Positions 19,827 to 30,400 of a stretch of 64,000 nt of DNA are shown here, in pieces; within the stretch, counting starts at the first letter, position 1; each line of letters begins with the position of its first letter. The translations under genes and the position numbers were made by a program. The notes below the pieces were generated by a model. That model was not told the origin of the DNA. It searched no databases and saw nothing but the letters and a program-made list of their open reading frames with translations. Source of the DNA: Chloroflexota bacterium (GTDB lineage: Bacteria; Chloroflexota; UBA11872); NCBI GenBank assembly GCA_965262745.1, contig OZ253558.1:1090567-1154566 (forward strand), given 5' to 3'.

Positions 19827-20179
19827 GGGGTTCTCCCGGCAGGCAGTTCAGCATTCGTTCGACCATGGGTCCGGCCCGAGAATCCATCGTTTCCGGGCGG
19901 CCCAAGAGCCAGGCGATTGGCGTCTCGCACCTGACCCACGACGAACTCGCTGTGTGGATTGATGATGCCTACATCGTGTCATTCCTGGTTCGGACGGTTT
20001 CTCTCGCGGTACTGGAGTTCGTAGTCGAAATGCTCGATCCGAGCCATCCTGGGTTGCCCTCCCGGCAGGCGACTTGGGAGGATCACCCCGCTCCGTCGTC
20101 GCCCACGAGCCTCAATATTCGTTCGAGCGGGATCTCTGCCTGGATCTGTTCCGGGAGCTACTCACAAGTCCGATAGATC

Positions 20180-20385
20180 GCACTCACCAGGCTGTCGCCA
20201 CGCCCGAACCGCTGCCGCCGGATTCCCCCCTGTGGGCGCTGCCAAACGTGATGCTCACCGCCCACTACGCCGACTGGTCCGACACCATGCTCGACCGCAT
20301 CTACGCAATCTTCACCGACAACCTCCGCCGCTTTGATCGCGGCGAGCCCCTCCGCAACCAGCTCGACGTGCGGGCTGGATATTAG
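20180..20385 (+). pseudogene. Duplicated 3' fragment (about 65 codons) of the 2-hydroxyacid dehydrogenase gene
   Basis: Nt 20180..20385 are about 88% identical to 17345..17547. The remnant encodes PEPLPPDSPLWALPNVMLTAHYADWSDTMLDRIYAIFTDNLRRFDRGEPLRNQLDVRAGY, against the same tail in the intact gene, and ends at the equivalent stop. Confidence 0.85.
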
Positions 20386-20676
20386 GTGGCTCCCGCCAGT
20401 ACGGTTCCAACGAGCCTCGCTTTCAACGGTCGACCGGATTCGAATACCACGGCGTGCTCTGGCCATGTTGTGCATCGGGAGCCGAACAAAGCCGCTCCAA
20501 CAAGGCACTCCACAGTCTGTCGCCGTTTAGTTCCGACAGCACCCGGCACACACCCAGCAGGCCGTCGCCAACGGTCAAGGGCGTCCGCACGTCTACATCG
20601 TCGCATCACCGAAGCGGCAAGCGTACTCTTTGCCCCGGCAGACCTACCAACCCATGCTCGCCGTCACATAAAGCAT

Positions 20677-21330
20677 TTAGTAGATACGCGCGAGGTTCCG
20701 CACCGCGTCCCGAAACACTTGACAGCTTTTCGATCGGTTCCTATCCACGTCCAGGAAAGGCGCTATTTGCTCAGCCCACTCAGCCTTGGCCCGCCCCATC
20801 TCGGGGTACCCCGCTCTAAGGAGCCGCGCCGATCCACCTTGGTATATGGCGTCCGCCAAAACCTCCCACGTTCCGCATATACTGTCCTGAGAGTATCTGT
20901 TCAGAACTGAATTCTTTGCGTTGGGATAGGCAGCCTTTATAGCGTCGCGATCGCCCAGTAGCCACGCCTCAATTTCCTCGATGGCGATCCTAAATACCGT
21001 TTGTGGACGCGGGTAGCATGCCTGGAGCACATTGAGCAGTTGTTGCTTGAATGACAGGCAATCTCTATCGTCCAAGTCCACAATCACCAGTACTGCCTGG
21101 CAAGATCCGAGACTCCTACCATATCCGCGCAAGAGGCGAGGCAGGTGATCCAGTAGCAGTCGCTTCGTTGGATCCGGCACACCGTACAGATTCCTCGGTA
21201 TACGACCAATACCTCGGTAGGAATGAATCCTCCACGAATGCATGGTATTATTTTGACCTAGAATCTTTTCCAGAATAGCCTTGACCGTGATACTTCCAGA
21301 TCTATCCTCAACCAATATTTCGAAATGCAC
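20677..21330 (-). CDS. DUF4276-like protein (predicted TOPRIM/OLD-like nuclease partner)
   Basis: The N-terminus reads HFEILVEDRSGSITVKAILEKILG, followed by an acidic VIVDLDD block typical of DUF4276. The likely GTG start at 21330 lies 4 nt after the ATPase stop. GC is lower than the flanks. Confidence 0.6.
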   Translation of the reverse strand: MHFEILVEDRSGSITVKAILEKILGQNNTMHSWRIHSYRGIGRIPRNLYGVPDPTKRLLLDHLPRLLRGYGRSLGSCQAVLVIVDLDDRDCLSFKQQLLNVLQACYPRPQTVFRIAIEEIEAWLLGDRDAIKAAYPNAKNSVLNRYSQDSICGTWEVLADAIYQGGSARLLRAGYPEMGRAKAEWAEQIAPFLDVDRNRSKSCQVFRDAVRNLARIY

Positions 21331-21334
21331 TTGT

Positions 21335-22618
21335 CTACTGCTGATCGAAGTAGTCGCTGTACCAGAGACCGCCAAGCGGCAGACCTTCTTCGACCAGAGC
21401 TCGGACAATATGATCGTTGCTCGCCCTAGTAATGGTCGCGAAGCCGTCCGCCGATTTCTCCAAGATCCACGTTTCCTCGGGTGTCAGAGCATCGACGAAG
21501 TAGGGTTGGTGGGTCGTGACAAATATCTGGGGCGCGTTCCGGCGCCCCGAGGCGTGGCGGCGAAACTCATCGGCCAGCAATTCCAATAGTTTGTGATAGA
21601 GACCGTTTTCCGGCTCCTCGATGCATATGAACGGCGGCGGCTGCTGATCCTCCAGCATCAGCAGATACGCAAAGACTTTGAGTGTGCCGTCGGACACTTG
21701 CTGCGCGTAGAACGGGTCAGCGAAGCCCTTATCGTTGAAGCGCAGCAGCAAGCGACCGTCAGGACTGCGTTCCGTATCGATGCGGTCGATGCCGGGAACT
21801 CTCCTGGCAATCCGTCCAAGGATGCGTTCAAACCTATCGCGGTGCTCCCGCTCCATGAATTGCACGACGTTGCCCAGATTGTCTCCGTGGATATTCAGAT
21901 GCCGCTGGGGTCCAGCCATTGGCAACCCGCGCGCGGCGTCCGGCGTAAAGTAGCTCAGATACCAGCCTTCGATAAACTGACGAAAAGCCGCGATTCTCGG
22001 ATGTTGCTTCAGTGCCCCCAGGGTTGCAATACCCAGCTTGCGCTTGTCCTGAAGTTCAATAATCTCCCGTCCCGCGCCCTCCTCGTTTTCTAACCCTCTC
22101 AGTAGCGCTGAAAGGTCCACTTCCAGTCGGCCATCTTCATCGACCTGCAAACCCTGCACCTCGCCTGCCCAGGCCATTCCCTTGCCCTCGTTCAGCATCA
22201 AGAACGAAAATGGCCAGCCGCGTCTCTGTCCTCGACGACGCTGGCGCAGGCGTTCGCGTGAAACATAGGGGCGGCCCGAATCGTCCTTGTCGATCGCAAA
22301 TTCGTATGTGATCGGTCGAGCCTTCGAATCCTGCCGGTAATAGACCTCGAACTCGATGGGGGTGTCGCTACCCTGTGATCGTATGCGGTCGAACCCGCCG
22401 CGCCCACGCACGTCGCAGGCCTCTTCGACACCGAGCTTCAGGCAATCCGCCAGGAATCCGAAAGCATCGAATAGGGAGCTCTTGCCAACCCCGTTCTTTC
22501 CAATCACCGCCGTCAGCGGCTCTAACGGCTGGGCGGCAGGCGTGTTCCACAGCTTGCCTAGGGTGATGTCGTGCAACACCCGGTAGTTCCTGATGCCGAT
22601 GCCTTCGATACGGGCCAT
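21335..22618 (-). CDS. AAA_21/ABC-type ATPase (OLD/AbiL/PARIS-AriA-like ATPase component)
   Basis: There is a Walker A (GKNGVGKSSLFDAF) near the N-terminus, and a distal signature/Walker B region (FICIEEPENGLYHKLL...VTTHQP). Confidence 0.75.
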   Translation of the reverse strand: MARIEGIGIRNYRVLHDITLGKLWNTPAAQPLEPLTAVIGKNGVGKSSLFDAFGFLADCLKLGVEEACDVRGRGGFDRIRSQGSDTPIEFEVYYRQDSKARPITYEFAIDKDDSGRPYVSRERLRQRRRGQRRGWPFSFLMLNEGKGMAWAGEVQGLQVDEDGRLEVDLSALLRGLENEEGAGREIIELQDKRKLGIATLGALKQHPRIAAFRQFIEGWYLSYFTPDAARGLPMAGPQRHLNIHGDNLGNVVQFMEREHRDRFERILGRIARRVPGIDRIDTERSPDGRLLLRFNDKGFADPFYAQQVSDGTLKVFAYLLMLEDQQPPPFICIEEPENGLYHKLLELLADEFRRHASGRRNAPQIFVTTHQPYFVDALTPEETWILEKSADGFATITRASNDHIVRALVEEGLPLGGLWYSDYFDQQ

Positions 22619-22788
22619 GCGGTCAGTTTCTCTCGTTTAGCGCAGCACCGCTAGCAGCATAGCGTCGAGCAGGCTTGTTTCCACTGCCGCGAGGACAGAG
22701 AGCGGATAGGGCGTTGGCCAAGCGCCCGCGGTCGACGTCGCGGACCTTCTCGGGCCTCCAACAGATTGCGCACTGTCGCCACTTCGAA

Positions 22789-22835
22789 TGGTGCCCAGGA
22801 CGGGACTGGAACCCGCACAGCCCGGAGGCCACCAG
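22789..22835 (-). other. tRNA 3'-end remnant (variable arm, T-arm, acceptor 3' strand and CCA), a probable island att-site duplicate
   Basis: The reverse complement (tggcctccgggctgtgcgggttccagtcccgtcctgggcacca) matches the 3' 45 nt of the intact tRNA-Leu at 35720..35803 with 3 mismatches. The 5' part does not fold as a tRNA. Confidence 0.6.
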
Positions 22836-23031
22836 ACCCTAAACCGAGGTCAACCCACCGCCAGGCACTGCCGCAGCGCCTTGACCATGGCCGGTCGCTG
22901 CTCACGGCTCCTCGTGCCGACCGGATTGGCGATCGCCCGCATCACGACCTGTTGATCGGACGCTGAGAAGCGTAATCCCCGGCGCTGCTCCGCGGATGCC
23001 TGATACCCGCCACAGCCTCTGTCGCCCTGCA

Positions 23032-26000
23032 CTACGCGGGTGTGAGCGGGCTCTCAGCCTCGTCGTGGGCCATTTCAAACAGCCGCGCCAGGGCGTTGGC
23101 CAGGTGCATTTGGCGGGGCGTGCGGCAGCGCACGGCGAGCAAGCCCGGACTGGCCACGACTACCGCCAGGCACTTGGCGCGGCTGGTGGCGACGTTCAAG
23201 CGGTTGAGGCTGTAGAGAAACTCCATGCCACGCGGCGCCTCGTCGGCAGAGCTTGTGGCCATCGAGTAGATGGAAATCGGGGCTTCCTGGCCTTGGAACT
23301 TATCGACAGTGCCGATTCGCAACTCCCGGAGCTCAGGTCGGGATGCAAGCTCCCCGATCTGGCGGTTGTAGGGCGTGATGATGAGCACGTCTTGAGCGGT
23401 CAGCGCGTGGGTCGCGCCTTCGGCGTCAGTCCATGAGGCGCGCGACCGGAGCAACCGGTCGACGCTCTCGGCAATCGCCGCCGCCTCTTCCTCGGAGTCG
23501 CTGATGCGGCGCTCGTGCGACACGGCCACGAAGCGCAGTCCTGTCCCGAGGAACGGGGACGAGCCGGCCAGGTCCAAGTTCTCGCGGCCGGGATGCGCGC
23601 GCAGGTTGTCCTCGTAGAAGACTTCCGAGGTGAACTCACAGATGCTGGGATGCAGGCGCCACGTGCCGTCGAGAAACAGTCCGAAGTCCTTGGGCATCAC
23701 TCGTGCGTCATCGAGTACGTGCGCCAGCACCGAACGATCCGCGCCTGGCGGATGCACGCCCTGCAGCGGCTGATCCAGCTGCTGCGGGTCGCCCAGCAGC
23801 AACAGGCTCTTGGCGCAACGTGCCGAGGCCAAGGCGTCGGCCAGCGACATCTGCCCGGCCTCGTCGATGCAGAGCACGTCCACCAAGCCCTCCGCGTCGT
23901 CACGCGCCCAGAGCCAGGAAGTTCCGCCCACCACGTCAAGCGTTCCTCTGGCCAGGGCCATGCACGCATCCTCGGTTTTCGCGAGGGGTACCGCGTCCGC
24001 GAATTCGGGCTCGGCTGACCGGTAGCGGGTCCGCTGGCCGATCCTGACCGGGACGCCGCGCTCGCGGGCCACCCGCGCCGTCTTCTCCAGCAACTCACCG
24101 ATCACCTTGTGGCTGTTGGCCGTCACGCCCACGCGCTTACCCGCCTCCACGAGGTCCACGATCATCTCGGCACCAACCGTGCTCTTGCCCGAGCCGGGCG
24201 GTCCCTGGATCGCCAGGTAGCTCTCGTCCAGCATCTGCACCAGCCGCCGGGCCGCATCCTGCGCATCCTCGCCGTCCGCCGTCAGCGGTGATCCGTCGGT
24301 CTGTCCAACCCGTGGCGGACAGCGCATCAACAGGTCTCGGGCCGCCTGGTACGGCCCGGGCGCGTCGATCCCGTGCTCAATCACCCACGTCGCCAGATTC
24401 CGAAGGCTCGACGGTTTTGGCCCTGGATTGACATATTCGTAGGCGATCAGTGATGTCGGCGCCGGTGCTGCCCGGTTGGACCCAACCTTCAGGTCGATCA
24501 CGCCGTCTCGATCGTTTACCGCGACCACTTCGCCGATCGAATTTCCGTGCTGATCGCGTGGCCGGTCGCCGACTTCGATCTTGTGGTCCTGTGGCGGGAA
24601 CCGAAAGCTGTAGATCTTGGAACGCGACTTGGGCCTGGGATCGGCCCGACTGCGCACGTAGCTGAGCTGGCCCAGCGCGTCCGTCTCGCCGACTCGCTCT
24701 TCGTCGGTGAGTTCGTCCTTCAGGTGGAAATAGCGCCACCAGAACGCCTTATCCTCGCGCCGGTGCCAGTCGAGCAGCTGCGCCAGGAGCCACCGCCCGC
24801 GTTGGCTCGGATCTTCGAGCGACCTGCCGTCCGTCAAGTCCTCGGGCAGGCCCGCTGTCAGCTGGGCCACGAGTTCCTGCACCTCCCGCTGGGCCTCCGT
24901 GTCCTCGGTCTCTTCGGGAGGCTTGACCGTAGGACGCGGCGGGGCTTCGGCGCCGACTTCGTTCACCAGCGCGGCGCGCTGGACTTCCAGCCACTCGCGC
25001 AGATAGCAGGTGGAAAGACAGTCGTCGCGGTTATAGGCCCTGATCTTCTCCAGCAGGCCGTCCCGGTCGGTCCCGTCCTCGGGTTCGAGCCAGTTCTCGA
25101 ACTCCACGATGCTCTCGCCCGCATCGCGTAGATCGATTTCCCGCTTGAATCCGTAGAGCGGCTCCAGCCGCTTGATGGAGTAGCTCTCCACCGAAGCGCG
25201 AACGCCCTGCCGCACGACGCGGTAGAGGTCCACGAACACACTGCCCCGCAGCAGCTGGTCCACCTCTGACTCACGCGTGGCGTAGCGCCCCGCCAGCCGC
25301 TTCATTGCCCCTGTCTCGTAGGGCGCGTAGTGATAGACGTGCATGTCCGGGTGGCCAGTCCGGCGCTCCATGATGAGGTCGATACAGTCCTCGAACGCCT
25401 TACGCTCGGCCGCCGGCGACACGGTGCCGTCCGCGATCGACCAGAACGCGTGAAACCTGGGGTCGCCCGCGGCGTCCGTCTGTCCCGGCTCGATCACGCC
25501 GAAGAGGTAGTCGATGCCGTCGATCTCGTCCGAGCCATAGAACGGATCGCCCTCCAGGTCCAGGAACAGGTCACCGGGCGACGGCTCCGGCAACAGCCAG
25601 AGACCGCGGTCCGGAACAACCACGTCCTCGCGGTCGCGTTCGGGCGGGATGCGCTCCGAGATCACCTGGCCTTCGCCGCGCACCTGGATCGCCGCCTGGG
25701 CCTGCACCCGGGCCAGCGAAACCGGGCTGACGCCGTCCAGCTGTTCCGGCAGCGGCCGCGACGGATCGGCCAGCCCACCCCGTGTGGTCACGTCAATGGC
25801 GTGCAGGGCGCGTCGCTGGCGGGACGTCAGGTTGGCCACCAACGCCAGATCGTCTTCCCGACGCCACTGGGCTCGGCATTCCTGGTTCCACCTGCAGAAG
25901 TCGCAGTGCTGCATGGGTTCCGGCTTGGTCGAGATTGGAAACGCCGATTCGGAGTCGTCGAGCAGCGTCTCGAACTGCCGCGCGACCAGGCGGTAGTAGG

Positions 26001-26577
26001 CCCCGTAGTCGGCGACCCGAAGGCTCGCGGTCCTGCGCGCGACGCCGCCCAGCACCAGATGCATCCGTTCCGGCGGCCGCCCCTGCATTCTCCCGAGCAG
26101 GTCTGAATACATGCTGATCTGCAAGACGGCGGGGGCCGTGGGTTGCCGCGCCAGCTTGGTGTCCCAGACTTCATAGCTCCATGCCCCGAGGTCGCTGGGT
26201 TTCTCGACGCGGCGCAGGAAGTCCGCGTACCCCAGCCGCCGGTCGCCGAGCAGCACGGCCTGGTAGATCACGTCAACGCCATCTCGCATCGCCTGCAGCG
26301 TGGCGGCGTGCTCGGATTCAACCACTCGGGACGGAGACACGGTGTCGGGCGGCCGGATTTCCCTGATTCCCAGGTTCTCGGCGTCCAGCGATTCCAGGAA
26401 GCGCGCCTCATACTCCCGACCGCGCCGCGCCAAACGGTCGAGCACTGGGTCGTCACGAAACGGCCGTTTGAGGTCATGCAGAACCGCGGCGCGCTCCAGG
26501 TTGGCCAGGTGCCGGCACTCCAGGAACGCGACCAGATCGGTGGCGGAGTAGACCAGACGCCTATCAATCAGTTGCAT
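23032..26577 (-). CDS. RecB-like nuclease + RNaseH-like domain + SF1 (Upf1/Dna2-like) helicase fusion protein (TM0106-family N-terminal region)
   Basis: The 1181-aa ORF has an N-terminal RecB/Cas4-like region with a Cys cluster (HCDFCRWNQEC). It has a C-terminal Walker A (GPPGSGKST), a Walker B (CIDEAGQ) and SF1 motifs (GDPQQL, VATSRAK). Confidence 0.7.
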   Translation of the reverse strand: MQLIDRRLVYSATDLVAFLECRHLANLERAAVLHDLKRPFRDDPVLDRLARRGREYEARFLESLDAENLGIREIRPPDTVSPSRVVESEHAATLQAMRDGVDVIYQAVLLGDRRLGYADFLRRVEKPSDLGAWSYEVWDTKLARQPTAPAVLQISMYSDLLGRMQGRPPERMHLVLGGVARRTASLRVADYGAYYRLVARQFETLLDDSESAFPISTKPEPMQHCDFCRWNQECRAQWRREDDLALVANLTSRQRRALHAIDVTTRGGLADPSRPLPEQLDGVSPVSLARVQAQAAIQVRGEGQVISERIPPERDREDVVVPDRGLWLLPEPSPGDLFLDLEGDPFYGSDEIDGIDYLFGVIEPGQTDAAGDPRFHAFWSIADGTVSPAAERKAFEDCIDLIMERRTGHPDMHVYHYAPYETGAMKRLAGRYATRESEVDQLLRGSVFVDLYRVVRQGVRASVESYSIKRLEPLYGFKREIDLRDAGESIVEFENWLEPEDGTDRDGLLEKIRAYNRDDCLSTCYLREWLEVQRAALVNEVGAEAPPRPTVKPPEETEDTEAQREVQELVAQLTAGLPEDLTDGRSLEDPSQRGRWLLAQLLDWHRREDKAFWWRYFHLKDELTDEERVGETDALGQLSYVRSRADPRPKSRSKIYSFRFPPQDHKIEVGDRPRDQHGNSIGEVVAVNDRDGVIDLKVGSNRAAPAPTSLIAYEYVNPGPKPSSLRNLATWVIEHGIDAPGPYQAARDLLMRCPPRVGQTDGSPLTADGEDAQDAARRLVQMLDESYLAIQGPPGSGKSTVGAEMIVDLVEAGKRVGVTANSHKVIGELLEKTARVARERGVPVRIGQRTRYRSAEPEFADAVPLAKTEDACMALARGTLDVVGGTSWLWARDDAEGLVDVLCIDEAGQMSLADALASARCAKSLLLLGDPQQLDQPLQGVHPPGADRSVLAHVLDDARVMPKDFGLFLDGTWRLHPSICEFTSEVFYEDNLRAHPGRENLDLAGSSPFLGTGLRFVAVSHERRISDSEEEAAAIAESVDRLLRSRASWTDAEGATHALTAQDVLIITPYNRQIGELASRPELRELRIGTVDKFQGQEAPISIYSMATSSADEAPRGMEFLYSLNRLNVATSRAKCLAVVVASPGLLAVRCRTPRQMHLANALARLFEMAHDEAESPLTPA

Positions 26578-26723
26578 CGCCGATTCACCAGCCCGTCCCC
26601 ATGGCCGACGGCTTCACCCCGGCCACGCGTGCGATCAGCGCGAGCGCGTTGCCAACATACTCCGCGAGGCGACACCGGGCCAGATTGTGGGCCGCCTGCC
26701 GCGGCATGAAGCTGGGGCGACGC

Positions 26724-27452
26724 TCACAGCGGCAGCAGGTGCCCCGCTTCGCGCAGCCGCTGACGCCGCTGTTGCGCGTCCGGCATCGCTCTAACCACCA
26801 GCCCCCAGAAGTCCGGCCCGTGGTTCTTTATTGACAGGTGCGCCAGCTCGTGCACCACGATGTACTCGACAAGGGCAGGCTCCAACATCATCGCCCGCCA
26901 GTTGAAGCGCAGCGTGCCGTCCGGCGCGCAGCTCCCCCAGCGCCGGCGTTGATCGCGGATCAGCACGCGCGGCCAGTCGCCGTGACCCAGGCGCGGCCAC
27001 CAGCGCTCCACGCTAGTTGGCAGGCGGTCTGCCGCCCGCCTCCGATACCAGGCCACGAGGGCGCGCTGGGCACTGCGGGTTCGCTCACTATCGGACGCCC
27101 CCGTTGGCACCGTGACGCGGAACCGCCAGTGATCGAAGCGCACGCTCACCGACCTGACGTCGGCGTGCTCGACCAGCAAACGCACGTTGCGGCCCAGGTA
27201 AGGCAACGTCTCACCGCTCACAAAGCGCTTCGGCGCGGCGGCCAGCGTCTCCGCGGTGCTGCGGCGCATGATCCAGGCCGCCCGCTTGCGCACGATCCCC
27301 CGCAACTCCTCGGCGGGCGTCGAAACAGGCGCGGCGACCTGGACCCCGCCCCCGTCCACGGTGATCTGCACCGTCTTCCTGCGCCGCTGACTGCGCTGCA
27401 CCTCGAACTCGATCGTGCTCTCGCCGAAACGGACGGATCCCCGCTCACTCAC
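26724..27452 (-). CDS. DUF45/YgjP-like M48-type zinc metallohydrolase
   Basis: The HExxH motif (VVHELAHL) sits in a YgjP-like context. The ORF overlaps the hsdR stop by 4 nt. Confidence 0.65.
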   Translation of the reverse strand: MSERGSVRFGESTIEFEVQRSQRRRKTVQITVDGGGVQVAAPVSTPAEELRGIVRKRAAWIMRRSTAETLAAAPKRFVSGETLPYLGRNVRLLVEHADVRSVSVRFDHWRFRVTVPTGASDSERTRSAQRALVAWYRRRAADRLPTSVERWWPRLGHGDWPRVLIRDQRRRWGSCAPDGTLRFNWRAMMLEPALVEYIVVHELAHLSIKNHGPDFWGLVVRAMPDAQQRRQRLREAGHLLPL

Positions 27453-30400
27453 GATCCCGACCTCTGACGCGCCACGTCCACGATCTGGTGCGCCAGCTCG
27501 TCCAAGCGCTCTTCCGTGAAGTCCCCCGTGCCTCGCAGCTCCCGCTTGATATCCCGGCGCATCTCGCGCTGCACTTCAAGGTTCGACTGCCAATCGATCA
27601 CGTCGCTGTGACGCTGGATGGCGCGTTCGATCGCGCGCGCCACGGCCGTCGTCTGCTCGTCCAGGGCAGTGCGATAGGAGCCTGAAGCTTCGCCCGCGTC
27701 CACGCTCGGAGAGGCCAGCAACTCGTAGACCGCAAACGACACTGGCGAGAGCCCGTGCTGCGCGGCGATGTCCGCTTCGCTTTGGACCTGCTTGCGCAAT
27801 TCGGCCAGTCGCCGGCAGGCCTCGGCAGCGTCGATCAGCCGCTGACGCAGTTCCTGGATGATGCGGTCCAATTGCTCCGAGAGCTTCTCATAGAACGCCG
27901 GGTTTTCCGCCAGTCGCTCGTTGATCTGGGCGCGGACCGCGTGCTCCATCAGCGACGCCCGCGCTTCGTCGTGCGGCAGGTCGGCAATCTTCGCCTCGAA
28001 GTCCTGATCCAGGATCGAGAGCGGCTGCATCAGGCTGCGCACCTTGGCGTCGATGCGCTCGTCGATCAGGCCCTTCACCTTCGCGCCAATATCGGTCCAA
28101 TCCAACTCCGCGTCCTCGCGCAGGAACTGCGCCCGCACATAGGCGCGAATCGCCGTCAGCCGCGCCAACCGCTGTACGTAGGGCTCGGCGCCCGGGTCCG
28201 GCAGGTAGCGGTCCATCAGGCGGGCGAACTGACGGTAGTCCGCGCTGAATCGCTCGAACAGGTCGGCCTTGAACGCGTCCTCCGAGGCGGCATCCGGCGC
28301 AAACAGCGCCGCGCAGTCCCACACGTTGCTCAGGTCGCGGCCCTTGAAGTGCGACTCCGCCTGCACCGCCGCGGCCTCGATCGCCGGCCCGGGATCCTCC
28401 TCCAGCTCGCGCATGGAGTCCTGCACGTCTGGCCAGTCGAACGTCGCCAGCGCCGCCTCCAGGTCCCGCGAGACCCCGTGATAGTCGATCACCAGGCCGT
28501 GCCGCTTCTCCGTGTCCACGTTGTCCGGCCGGTGCGCGAAGCGCCGGTTCACGCGGGCAATCGCCTGCAGCAGGCCGTGTTCCCGCAGCCCACGGTCCAG
28601 GTAGAGCACCTGCTCCACCGGCGCGTCAAACCCGGTCAGCAGCATGTCCACCACCACCAGGATCTGCGGCTCGCCCTCGGGGTCCACGAACGCGCCGGTG
28701 ATCTGCTCCTGGTTGAGATCGCGCGCCGCGGCGAACTCCGGGCCGTCGTTGTTATCGGTGGTGATGATCGGATAGGCGCTCAGCCCAAAGGTCTTCAGGC
28801 GCTCCGCGTAGCGCAGCGCCGCCGCCCGGCTGGGCGCCACCACCTGCGCCTTGAACCCGTTCGGCTGCACCTTGGCCTTGAAGTGCTGGGCAATATCCAG
28901 CGCGATCATCTCGATGCGACGCTCCGCCTCCGCCACCGTCTCCTTGTTCGCGTAGCGCCGCCGGATGCGCGCCTGCGTCTCCTCGGACTCCTGGCCGAAC
29001 ATCTCCTCGAACAGCGTGTCCAGCGTCTCCGGCCCCTCGATGTGCAGTTCCGGCAGCCGCGCCTCGTAGAGGATCGGCACGGTGGCGCCGTCGGCGACCG
29101 ACTGCGGAATCGTGTAGGAGTCGATCAGCGAACCGAATCGCCGCATCGTGCTGTGACCGAAGTCCTTGTCGATGGGCGTGCCCGTAAAGCCGATCAGCGC
29201 TGCGTTGGGAAGGGCCTTGGACATGCGCGCGCCCAGCAATCCGTATTGCGTGCGGTGCGCCTCGTCCACCATCACCACCACCTGCTCCGATGGGTTCAGC
29301 ACATCCAGCCGGCCCTTGGGAGTCGTCAGCGCGTCCTCGAACTTCTGGATTGTCGTCATCACCGTGCGGCCGCCGCCGCTTCTCAGCAGCCGGCGCAGGT
29401 TGCGGGCGTTGGTCGCCTGCTCAGGCGCCGGAAAGCCGCAGCGTTGGAAGGTGCCGCTGATCTGCCGGTCCAACTGCGTGCGGTCGGTCACCACCACGAT
29501 CGTCGGGTTGTGCAGCCGCGGCTCGCGCCGCAGCTTGGTGGCCAGCCACAGCATCGTCAGCGACTTGCCCGAGCCCTGCGTGTGCCACACCACCCCGCCG
29601 CGCTCCTCGGGACGGCGGCCCGTCAACAATCGCTCCAGCGCCGCTCGCACCGCGCGGTACTGCTGATAGCGCGGCAGCTTCTTCACCAGCTTGCCGGCCT
29701 GCGGCTCGTAGACCACGTAGTCGCGCAGGATGTCCAGTAGCGTGGCCGGCGCCAGCAGCCCCACGATCAGCCGCGCCTGGCCCTCTGGTTCCACCCCGAA
29801 GCGCTGCCGCGCCTCGGCTTCCGAATAGGGCAGCACCGACTTCCATTCCACGTAGGCGTTCTCGGGCGCGCCCAGCGTCGCGTACGCCGCCGCGGCTCCG
29901 CAGTGCGCCACGCACAGCAGGTTGGTGTGGAACAGCTCCGGCGCGCCCGTCCCGTGCCACTCGGGCCCCGCTTCTTGGTAGCGACGCAGCTGGCGCACCG
30001 CCTGCGTCCGCCACACGTCCAGCAGCGACGGCGATTTCGCCTCCATCACCACCAGCGGCACGCCGTTCACGAACAACACCAGGTCCGGCTTCACCACCCG
30101 CTGGTCGTCTTCCTGGTTGCGCCGCTCGTTACCCCGACGCACCCGGAACTGCGTCGTCACCACGAACTCGTTCAGCCCGCCCTCCGGATGATCGAAGTCG
30201 AAGAAGCGCGCAATCCGGCTCTGGCGACCACTGGGCGTGTCCACCCCCAGCGGCATGCCGTAGATCAGGTGCTCGTGCACGCGCTGATTGCGGGCCATGC
30301 CGCTGAAGTCGCTGCGCTCCAGATCAGCCACCACCCAGTCCGCCTGCGACTCGGTCATCCAGGCGTTCAACCGCAGCAACGCCCGCCGCAACCGCCCCTT

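Noticed and set aside
22740-22866. Possible complete second tRNA next to the ATPase gene
   Set aside because: Only the 3' 45 nt (variable arm, T-arm and acceptor 3' strand) resemble a tRNA. The 5' 35 nt cannot form D and anticodon arms and are about 10 nt too short. I therefore called it a remnant or att duplicate, not a tRNA gene.
27755-29740. 661-aa plus-strand ORF antisense to hsdR, plus other long antisense ORFs such as 57420..58433 opposite the Kef antiporter and 25330..26106 opposite the helicase
   Set aside because: They have no recognisable motifs and are rich in Arg, Leu and Gln. The opposite strands carry clear family signatures, so these are artefacts of GC-biased third positions.
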